A DNA stretch of 35,034 nt from a virus. The translations under genes were made by a program, and so were the position numbers. The notes under the pieces were generated by a model. That model did not search any database. It was not told where the DNA came from and was given only the letters and a program-made list of their open reading frames with translations. Below, one piece after another: positions 18,722-24,801 of the stretch. Where the stretch lies: positions 1 through 35,034 of the IMG/VR virus record IMGVR_UViG_3300029156_000010; one strand, given 5' to 3'. Every line of letters begins with the position of its first letter. The first letter of the stretch is position 1.

Positions 18722-19134
18722 TCTTTCTCAAACTCAATAACATTAAAAAGGGTGGTGTATTTCACTGAACCGCCATGAGATATTAAAACGATTTGATCCT
18801 GCAATACAATTTTGTATCCGTCAGATGATTTAAAGTTTGTTCTATCTGTAGAATTTCCCACTTTAACCGTCTTTGCCAGTTTCAATGACTTTAAAGCTAC
18901 GCCGCCAGCAATGTCTTTTTGCGTTTCACCTAAAACATTATGATAATCAACCGTTTTTTTAGATACGATTGGTGCATCAATTGAAGCGCGGAACTTGCTT
19001 TCTTTTTTGACAGCAGGTGCCTTTACTTGCTTGGGCTCTTGCACCTTTTCGGGAACAATTTCTTCCTTTTTAGCTAGTTTTTTTACTTCCAGTTTTTTTT
19101 GGCTCTTCTGTTTTTGGGGTTTCTTCTTTGGCAT
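18718..19134 (-). CDS. Hypothetical protein with a Lys-rich N-terminus. It may be a small terminase or DNA-binding protein, by position only.
   Basis: The ATG has an SD (AGAGGAAATCA-ATG). There is an ATGA-type overlap with terL. The first 45 aa are K/P/E/Q-rich. Confidence 0.5.
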   Translation of the reverse strand: MPKKKPQKQKSQKKLEVKKLAKKEEIVPEKVQEPKQVKAPAVKKESKFRASIDAPIVSKKTVDYHNVLGETQKDIAGGVALKSLKLAKTVKVGNSTDRTNFKSSDGYKIVLQDQIVLISHGGSVKYTTLFNVIEFEKE

Positions 19135-19315
19135 TGATTTCCTCTTTTCCGATTTTAATTAAAGCACATGTGTTCTCGCTGTATTTGGCAAAAAGCTGCT
19201 TTTCAATGTGGTCCAACTCTAACCTTTGTACGGCAATTGTTCCAACTTTATGCAAAACCTCTTGATTGCTCTTCATAAGAGCTTCGATAATTGTTTTCTT
19301 CTCTTCTGGGGTCAT
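19070..19315 (-). CDS. Hypothetical protein (81 aa).
   Basis: The ORF has an ATGA overlap with the upstream gene. Its last 65 nt overlap the next gene in an A-rich tract. Confidence 0.5.
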   Translation of the reverse strand: MTPEEKKTIIEALMKSNQEVLHKVGTIAVQRLELDHIEKQLFAKYSENTCALIKIGKEEINAKEETPKTEEPKKTGSKKTS

Positions 19316-19737
19316 TTTGTTCCTTTCATGAACGGGTTATACATTAAATTGTATTTCTCTCTCAAGCAATCAAAGTAGCCTGTGGCATATGTGCAAATAA
19401 TAGGGTTTTTAGGGTTTGGCAATATAATGCCCAGTAGTTCGTTGAAAATGCCATATCTTCGATAAGAGTATTTTGTATATGCGTAGTGGATAACAAGAAC
19501 GTCATCAATGGTGGTGTAGGCTATGTAGGCAAAAATGTGGTTATGATCCTCTGGATTTACTGCAACAATGAAATTGCATGTATCGACTCTTTGCTCTACT
19601 TCGATCGATGTATTGTCAAAATACACCTGGTTGATCATTCTTTTGTTGTCCTCGGTCTTTCGATAGGACTTGATCCAAGTGCTTAGAAAAAAGTTTTTAT
19701 CCTTTGGTTCAGGGGGTCGTGTCTCAAAAATACTCAT
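19312..19737 (-). CDS. GNAT-like acetyltransferase-fold protein (141 aa).
   Basis: VLVIHYAYTKYSYRRYGIFNELLGIIL resembles GNAT motif A (hYVxxxxRrxGIxxxLL). The N-terminus is FFLSTWIKSYRK. Confidence 0.5.
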   Translation of the reverse strand: MSIFETRPPEPKDKNFFLSTWIKSYRKTEDNKRMINQVYFDNTSIEVEQRVDTCNFIVAVNPEDHNHIFAYIAYTTIDDVLVIHYAYTKYSYRRYGIFNELLGIILPNPKNPIICTYATGYFDCLREKYNLMYNPFMKGTK

Positions 19738-20006
19738 TTTTTACGCGCCAATATCTCTTTTGCACGAATACGAAGCTCTTCATTGGTCATGTTTTTGATT
19801 TCGTCATCGTCATCGTCTGGATTGTCTTTTAGGTTTTTGTCGATCATGACCAGTGTTTTGGCCATGTCTGTAACTGATCGGATATCATCTTTATCAAGAG
19901 TTGATAAGGAAGAGGCTTTGGCGTGGCGCGTGAGTTGCTCGTCCATAATAGAAATGGCTTTGTCTAGGGACTCTCTTGCATCTTTATCTTCTTCTTTGAG
20001 GCTCAA
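19734..20006 (-). CDS. Hypothetical acidic protein (90 aa), the first gene of the late unit. The start is a TTG.
   Basis: The ORF-track start codon is TTG, preceded by TAAGGT. It is helical and acidic, with a DDDDDE run. Confidence 0.5.
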   Translation of the reverse strand: MSLKEEDKDARESLDKAISIMDEQLTRHAKASSLSTLDKDDIRSVTDMAKTLVMIDKNLKDNPDDDDDEIKNMTNEELRIRAKEILARKK

Positions 20007-20165
20007 TATCTATACCTTATGTTTGTCGGGGTCTTTTCAAAATACAACCAATAACTAGACCCCTGTTCCCATATTGGAGAGAGAATATAATGATTTTAGT
20101 TGTTTTTTTCTCTATGTCAAATAGAATCTATTCTTAAACATAAAAGTGTTTTTACTTTGTCTTTT

Positions 20166-20201
20166 AAACCCTGCTGGAATGGTTCTAGTGGGGTTTTTTT
20201 T
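20166..20201 (+). terminator. Plus-strand-specific intrinsic terminator inside the control region.
   Basis: The hairpin is CCCTGCTGGAA-TGG-TTCTAGTGGGG, an 11-bp stem that includes 3 G-U pairs, followed by T8 (20194-20201). In the antisense RNA the G-U pairs become C-A mismatches. Confidence 0.65.
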
Positions 20202-20242
20202 GGCGGAAACGCAATTTTTTTATACCATATTTTTTTGTAAAT

Positions 20243-20286
20243 AAAAAAAAGCGCCCTGTATTTCTTGACGAAATGAAGCGGGCGCC
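20243..20286 (-). terminator. Minus-strand intrinsic terminator inside the control region, upstream of the late operon.
   Basis: In minus sense the sequence reads GCGCCC..ATTTC-GTCAA-GAAAT..GGGCGC followed by U8 (the A8 run at 20243-20250 on the plus strand). Confidence 0.6.
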
Positions 20287-20379
20287 ATAACATGTTTGTT
20301 GTAGCTCAATCATTGTAGCAAATAACTGAGCAAACCACCATCTTTTTAGGTGTTCTAGGTGTAAAACAGTAACTTCCTA

Positions 20380-20400
20380 CCCGTTTCGGGGGCGTTTTTT
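20380..20400 (+). terminator. Weak terminator-like hairpin with a T6 tail.
   Basis: The hairpin is CCCG-TTT-CGGG, then GGCG and TTTTTT. The stem is only 4 bp. Confidence 0.3.
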
Positions 20401-20631
20401 AATTGGTGAATATAGGGCAGACATAACAAGGCGGTCTGTAACCACAAAAGAGCGTAATTTATACAAGTTGCAATAAAAAGAGAGTGCCTACCCCAGCTTT
20501 TCTTTTCGGCGTGATTGCGGACACCACGAGCCCCCAGCCCCCAGCTCGAAGCCCCGATAGATAGGGGTATTAGCCTTGTATTACCTAAAGTAAACTAGAC
20601 CAAAAAAACCAAATAATTTTTGCCTTTCTGT

Positions 20632-20661
20632 TTGACATTGTGTAATTACACATGGTAGAAT
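20632..20661 (+). promoter_or_regulatory. Early sigma70-type promoter with an embedded 14-bp palindromic operator.
   Basis: The -35 is TTGACA (20632-37), the spacer is 18 nt, and the -10 is TAGAAT (20656-61). The spacer contains the perfect palindrome TGTGTAATTACACA (20639-52). Confidence 0.75.
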
Positions 20662-20686
20662 GATTACATCAACAAGAAAGGATTGT

Positions 20687-20968
20687 ATGATAGCAGGAAA
20701 TAGAAGTTATGACGTCGATGTGGACGGTAAGGAATATGAAATTAGATACAAGGTTTCATGCTCTAAGGCATCTACAGAGGCATACGGAGTAGTGAAGTGG
20801 CATTGGGACATTGAACTATATGATCTAGAAGTATGGGAGTATGACGAAGCAAGTAATACAGACGAAAACATTACAAAAGAATTGTCGGTAGAAACCTTTG
20901 ATAAGTTTTTTGAGAAAATGCAAAACACTTTCGGGGGGCACGAAGATGACGCAGAATACACCATATAA
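20687..20968 (+). CDS. Hypothetical early protein (93 aa).
   Basis: I prefer the start at 20687 (SD AAGAAAGGA) because the ATG at 20660 lies inside the -10 hexamer. Confidence 0.6.
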   Translation: MIAGNRSYDVDVDGKEYEIRYKVSCSKASTEAYGVVKWHWDIELYDLEVWEYDEASNTDENITKELSVETFDKFFEKMQNTFGGHEDDAEYTI

Positions 20969-21071
20969 GGAACAAATTGAAGATTTGGTAGAATCAGCCA
21001 TTATTTTTTTTGAAGATTACGAAGAGTTAAGGAAGCAATGGAAAACAACAGAAGAGGTGACAAATGAATAA
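20946..21071 (+). CDS. Hypothetical small early protein (41 aa), below the ORF-track length cutoff.
   Basis: My own translation is MTQNTPYKEQIEDLVESAIIFFEDYEELRKQWKTTEEVTNE. It fills the gap between neighbouring genes and overlaps both. Confidence 0.4.
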   Translation: MTQNTPYKEQIEDLVESAIIFFEDYEELRKQWKTTEEVTNE

Positions 21072-21423
21072 GGTTTTACTTTTAATTGTGGTGATTTTAT
21101 TAGGAGCTTGCGGGACACAGCCGCATATTCCACAAGAAAATGAAGAGGTGGTGGAAATACCAAACCCAAGAGTTCCTTTTTTTGGCGAATGGCCTGGTTT
21201 TTTGATCTCAGATGATTGCACTTACCCTAAATTATACATCTACGATAGCCAGGTTACTGCTTCAAAATCATCTTGGGGAGTTAGATATTACAGCGCATTG
21301 TCTTTTCAAGAGTGTGGGGAGAACTGCTTTGAATCAAGGGAAGATTTTTTTTACATAGAAGGTGACAAGTATATTGTCGATTATGGCAATGAGGTTTGTT
21401 TTTACACGGAGGAATCAGAATGA
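21064..21423 (+). CDS. Early-expressed lipoprotein (119 aa).
   Basis: The signal peptide is MNKVLLLIVVILLGAC, with a canonical lipobox L-G-A-C. The mature part has 4 further Cys. Confidence 0.75.
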   Translation: MNKVLLLIVVILLGACGTQPHIPQENEEVVEIPNPRVPFFGEWPGFLISDDCTYPKLYIYDSQVTASKSSWGVRYYSALSFQECGENCFESREDFFYIEGDKYIVDYGNEVCFYTEESE

Positions 21424-21719
21424 CTAAAAAACTAAACCTACCCCACCTACGATCTGTAGGGGGTAAAAGGATAAAGGATTATGGCACTCTTTTATTTGAT
21501 TATACACCAGAGTTTATAACTACGGCAGATGACAACTGGGACGCTATGCTTGATGCTTTGGAAGAGGCTAAAGAGATAATGCAAAACATGTCCCATGAAG
21601 TGGACTGTAGGCAAGGAAAGCAACATTCAAAAGAAGGTTATGGCTACCCCGATAGGTGCAAGTGCGATGTAGATAATGAATGTAAGGATTGGTTATCTCA
21701 ATTTGAGGGAGAAGAATAA
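21420..21719 (+). CDS. Hypothetical early protein (99 aa), Cys-containing.
   Basis: The SD is GGAGGA, and the start has an ATGA overlap with the lipoprotein stop. Confidence 0.6.
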   Translation: MTKKLNLPHLRSVGGKRIKDYGTLLFDYTPEFITTADDNWDAMLDALEEAKEIMQNMSHEVDCRQGKQHSKEGYGYPDRCKCDVDNECKDWLSQFEGEE

Positions 21720-22033
21720 TGACTGATTTTCAATTTGAAGTATTTATACGAAGACATCAAGGTGAATCTTTTAAGTCCATTGTAGAGGTAAACAAAGATA
21801 ACCGATTTCGTGGGACTATGCACTATGTAAGAACGGCTTTTGACAAGGCTTGTGTAGAGATTGTACGATCAAGAACAAATGAGTGCAAAAGGTTTTATCT
21901 TGAGGGGATTTTTAAACAAAAGTGGGCTGACATTATAATGATTTTAGAGGATGTTGCGCCAAGATGGAAAGAACACGATTTAAGCATTCCTAAAAGCTCA
22001 TTTAAATGTCCATGTAAAGGAACCAACCAATGA
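21719..22033 (+). CDS. Hypothetical early protein (104 aa), possibly an HTH protein.
   Basis: It has a TAATG overlap. FEVFIRRHQGESFKSIVEV loosely resembles a LuxR/sigma region-4 type HTH. Confidence 0.5.
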   Translation: MTDFQFEVFIRRHQGESFKSIVEVNKDNRFRGTMHYVRTAFDKACVEIVRSRTNECKRFYLEGIFKQKWADIIMILEDVAPRWKEHDLSIPKSSFKCPCKGTNQ

Positions 22034-22194
22034 CTAACCACCAAAAGACCATAGAAGAGATTAGGGCAGTAGCAGAAAGCATCTTTCACGAGGGTTTTGA
22101 AGAAGGTATGTCTCTTGAAAGTAAGTACACAGAGCTTTTAAACACTATGGAAAAAATCCTATCCATAATCAAACGTAATGAGGGGGAAGAATAA
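22030..22194 (+). CDS. Hypothetical small early protein (54 aa), below the ORF-track cutoff.
   Basis: My own translation is MTNHQKTIEEIRAVAESIFHEGFEEGMSLESKYTELLNTMEKILSIIKRNEGEE. It has an ATGA overlap upstream and a TAATG overlap downstream. Confidence 0.55.
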   Translation: MTNHQKTIEEIRAVAESIFHEGFEEGMSLESKYTELLNTMEKILSIIKRNEGEE

Positions 22195-22415
22195 TGGAAT
22201 GGAAAGATGAACAAAAGCACTTGAAACCCGTTTCAATTGAGTGGATTGAAGAACAAATCCAGCAAACCTTAACCTTAAGGGATAATGATCCTGTTGTGTA
22301 TAGATCCCCAGAATCCGCATATGAAGCTAAAACACTTTATACAGGACAGGTCATAGGATTGCAGCGAGTAAAAAACCAGATAATCAAACGCAATGAAGGG
22401 GAAGAAGATGAGTAA
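22194..22415 (+). CDS. Hypothetical early protein (73 aa).
   Basis: The SD is GAGGGGGAAG. The protein ends in IIKRNEGEEDE, sharing the junction cassette with the previous gene. Confidence 0.6.
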   Translation: MEWKDEQKHLKPVSIEWIEEQIQQTLTLRDNDPVVYRSPESAYEAKTLYTGQVIGLQRVKNQIIKRNEGEEDE

Positions 22416-22617
22416 AACGACGCATATGGTTTCAGTTGTAGGGGAACTAAAAAACTTAATAGACCCGAAAACAAGGCACATCGGAGTCACTTTTAACGAA
22501 TCGGAAGCTTCACAAGCATACAAAAAAGGCTTAGATGAAGCGTATGACACAGTTAAATCTATAATTGATAAACACAAAGCTGTATTTGTTATGCATATGA
22601 AAGGGAATGAGAGTTAG
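22408..22617 (+). CDS. Hypothetical early protein (69 aa).
   Basis: I prefer the ATG at 22408, which follows GAAGGGGAAGAAG. Confidence 0.55.
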   Translation: MSKTTHMVSVVGELKNLIDPKTRHIGVTFNESEASQAYKKGLDEAYDTVKSIIDKHKAVFVMHMKGNES

Positions 22618-22628
22618 GTTGTTATATG

Positions 22629-22752
22629 AATGAACTAGGTCGGTGTGGAAGGACACACGGGGAAATTAGTGTTTGTAACCGCTGCCTTGAACACACCTAA
22701 GACTGTTAGGAGAGAATGGCAAGCCAGAATCAAGCCTGGCACCTAGTTCATT
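22629..22752 (+). other. Structured non-coding element closed by a 12-bp long-range inverted repeat.
   Basis: AATGAACTAGGT (22629-40) pairs with ACCTAGTTCATT (22741-52). Internal hairpins are GTGTG-gaagga-CACAC, GTGTT..AACAC and GCCAG-aatcaagc-CTGGC. Confidence 0.5.
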
Positions 22753-22760
22753 GATATAAT
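22752..22760 (+). promoter_or_regulatory. Candidate extended -10 promoter element (TGaTATAAT).
   Basis: TGATATAAT lies at 22752-60, overlapping the right arm of the inverted repeat. No good -35 is present. Confidence 0.35.
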
Positions 22761-22779
22761 AACTAAGAAGGGAATGAAG

Positions 22780-23022
22780 ATGACCAGTAAAGAGAGGGTA
22801 AATATGCTCAGAGAGGATCTCGATAGTCGTAGTGTTTATAGTGTTGAAGATAGTGAGGATATGGAGGTTTATTGGCCCGCTAAAGACTTTAAGTGGCTCA
22901 TATCCTGTGCTGATAAGTTGGAAAAAGTGGATGAATACTTTTCTATGTGCCGATGGAATGGTTTTAGTCAGGAAAAAGTACACAATGATGTGATGGAAAT
23001 TATAAAAGAAGGTGGTGAGTGA
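22780..23022 (+). CDS. Hypothetical early protein (80 aa).
   Basis: The second ATG (22780) has better spacing from GAAGGGA than the ATG at 22774. Confidence 0.55.
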   Translation: MTSKERVNMLREDLDSRSVYSVEDSEDMEVYWPAKDFKWLISCADKLEKVDEYFSMCRWNGFSQEKVHNDVMEIIKEGGE

Positions 23023-23297
23023 TGAATGAAAAACAGCATTTAAAATGGTTCGGTAAAGTAGTAAAAAAGACAGAAACCACTCTTAGTGAGAAGCTGAATA
23101 TGACCATGAAATATCATTACTCGGTATGGCGACCAAAGCCAATATGGAGGGTTCCTCTTAGAGAGTGGCTAGAACATCCTGACAACAATAAGGATGAAAT
23201 GTTTGATCGTCGTTTGATAGAGGGGCTTGTGAGGGGGCCAGTAAGCCTTTTTGATGCAATGACACGTAATGAAGGGGAAGAGAATGGGCGCATATAG
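23019..23297 (+). CDS. Hypothetical early protein (92 aa).
   Basis: It has an ATGA overlap, and its C-terminus carries ..TRNEGEENGRI. Confidence 0.6.
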   Translation: MMNEKQHLKWFGKVVKKTETTLSEKLNMTMKYHYSVWRPKPIWRVPLREWLEHPDNNKDEMFDRRLIEGLVRGPVSLFDAMTRNEGEENGRI

Positions 23298-23898
23298 CAG
23301 TGATTTCGAGGAGATTTACAAGCTTTATCCTAAAAAAAAGGGCAAGGCTGCTGGATACAAGCATTTTTTAAAAATCAAAAAGAAAGAGCCTTTAACGATT
23401 CCATTGATCAAAAAGTATATTGTTCAGAATTGGTGGGACCCTAGGGATAATTATCAATATGTGCCCTACTTCTCTTCATTTATGTGTCAACGCGGGTGGG
23501 ATGACGAAATCCAAGTAGACCCAAATAAAAAGCAAGGCGTTAACTACGAAGCCCAGAAGCAAGCATATATTGATCAGCAAAAGAAAATGGATCAAAGGTT
23601 TGTTGTTCATGACACTCCCATAGAGAAGCTAGCCAATACCATAAAGTCAAAATACGATAGAGACATGAATTATGATGACTTGAAGGCCGAAATCAGACGA
23701 ATGAAAGCGGTTTCTTTAAAAGGTGATCATATTATCAGGCTAAAGCGAAAAACAGCAGAGGCTTTAATTATGCTGTTCAGTAAGGAAGATTATCTAAAAG
23801 CCTGGAAGGAGCTTGAGGTTAAGCCAAGAACCAAAGAAGATGAACTTGAAAGAAAAAACATTCTGCATAAACAAGCAGAAATGTTAAAAAATGTTTGA
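23284..23898 (+). CDS. Hypothetical basic protein (204 aa), possibly replication-associated.
   Basis: The start at 23284 follows GAAGGGGAAGAGA. The N-terminus FEEIYKLYPKKKGKAAGYKHFLKI resembles a motif common in phage replication-region proteins. This comes from memory and is not verified. Confidence 0.55.
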   Translation: MGAYSSDFEEIYKLYPKKKGKAAGYKHFLKIKKKEPLTIPLIKKYIVQNWWDPRDNYQYVPYFSSFMCQRGWDDEIQVDPNKKQGVNYEAQKQAYIDQQKKMDQRFVVHDTPIEKLANTIKSKYDRDMNYDDLKAEIRRMKAVSLKGDHIIRLKRKTAEALIMLFSKEDYLKAWKELEVKPRTKEDELERKNILHKQAEMLKNV

Positions 23899-23923
23899 CA
23901 ATGTTAAATACATGTTCTACATT
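23895..23923 (+). promoter_or_regulatory. Second sigma70-type promoter, upstream of the HTH gene.
   Basis: The -35 is TTGACA (23895-900), the spacer is 17 nt, and the -10 is TACATT (23918-23). CATTGTGTAA (23920-29) is identical to the operator-flank 10-mer at 20636-45. Confidence 0.65.
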
Positions 23924-23946
23924 GTGTAAATAGGAAGTAGATAAAA

Positions 23947-24129
23947 ATGGAAGCAAATATAGCAAAAGAAATAAGATTGGCAAAAGGTTACGAAGTGAAA
24001 GAGTTGCACTTTTTGAAAGGATACAGCACAAGCGCTATTTACTCATATGAGTCTGGCGACCGTGAAATACCCGATCATTACGCAGCAATGCTTCTAGAAC
24101 TAGAAGAGAATAAAAAAGGTCGTAGCTAG
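23947..24129 (+). CDS. XRE-family (Cro/CI-type) helix-turn-helix regulator (60 aa).
   Basis: IRLAKGYEVKELHFLKGYSTSAIYSYESGDREIP fits the HTH_XRE pattern. Confidence 0.8.
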   Translation: MEANIAKEIRLAKGYEVKELHFLKGYSTSAIYSYESGDREIPDHYAAMLLELEENKKGRS

Positions 24130-24147
24130 GTGAAGTTAGCTACGACC
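24118..24147 (+). other. Perfect 11-bp stem hairpin that encloses the HTH gene stop codon.
   Basis: The hairpin is GGTCGTAGCTA-ggtgaagt-TAGCTACGACC. No T-run follows it. Confidence 0.6.
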
Positions 24148-24231
24148 GGATATAGTTTGGTGAACATCCCGAAGGACATAGTCTGATTTTATACCAGATT
24201 GTGCCCTCCGGTCAACAAGGAGAGCAAGAAA

Positions 24232-24801
24232 ATGAGTTTATACGCAAAATTAATTACAATACAAAAGCAAGTCAGTGGTTTAAAAAAGGATTCTACTGGA
24301 CATCGATATAACTATGAATCACTCGATTCAATTATTCAGTTATTACACCCAAAATTAAAAGAACAAAACTTGGCTATTATGCATACAGTTGAGCCTTTAG
24401 GTAACAATGAGTCAGTCTGCGTGACCACTTTGTTAAACCCTGAAGGGGAAATGATTCAATCTAAATGCCCGATCGGTGATGTATCTAAGATCTTGGCAAA
24501 GGGGAATATCATGCAGGGCATGGGGTCAGCGATAACCTATGCCCGCAGATATAATATCAAAAACCTGTTCAATCTTTACAGTACGGACGATGACGCAGCC
24601 ATTCTAGATCATAATCCACTTTCTAAAAATCAAGAAAAAGAGATTTACCAACTACTTAAAGAGCTTGAAGGTGTAAAAACTTTTGATCAGAATGCTTTTT
24701 ACGGATGGTTAGAAACGGACGACGTAACAACCCTTTCAGAGTCTAAGGCAAAACAAGCCATATCTTTCATGAGAACAAAGAAAGTGGCAGGTTCTAAGTG
24801 A
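24232..24801 (+). CDS. erf: ERF-family single-strand annealing protein.
   Basis: Three segments parallel P22 Erf: LYAKLITIQKQV, YNYESLDSIIQLLHPKL and GSAITYARRYNIKNLFNLYSTDDD. The SD is AAGGAGAG. Confidence 0.85.
   Translation: MSLYAKLITIQKQVSGLKKDSTGHRYNYESLDSIIQLLHPKLKEQNLAIMHTVEPLGNNESVCVTTLLNPEGEMIQSKCPIGDVSKILAKGNIMQGMGSAITYARRYNIKNLFNLYSTDDDAAILDHNPLSKNQEKEIYQLLKELEGVKTFDQNAFYGWLETDDVTTLSESKAKQAISFMRTKKVAGSK

Noticed and set aside
20090-20137. 15-aa micro-ORF (MILVVFFSMSNRIYS) with GGAGAGAG upstream, lying between the perfect TATAAT and the plus-strand terminator. It could be a leader peptide.
   Set aside because: The ATG overlaps the putative -10 itself, so the promoter and the RBS cannot both be used. 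The ORF is too short to support without data.
20301-20320. tRNA-like D-arm sequence (GTAGCTCAATCATTGTAGCA).
   Set aside because: I could not build an acceptor stem, an anticodon arm or a T-arm (no GTTCRANYC) around it on either strand.
22666-22983. 105-aa minus-strand ORF across the structured early gap.
   Set aside because: It is antisense to the early unit and overlaps 22780..23022. It has no RBS, and the region is better explained as structured RNA plus a plus-strand gene.
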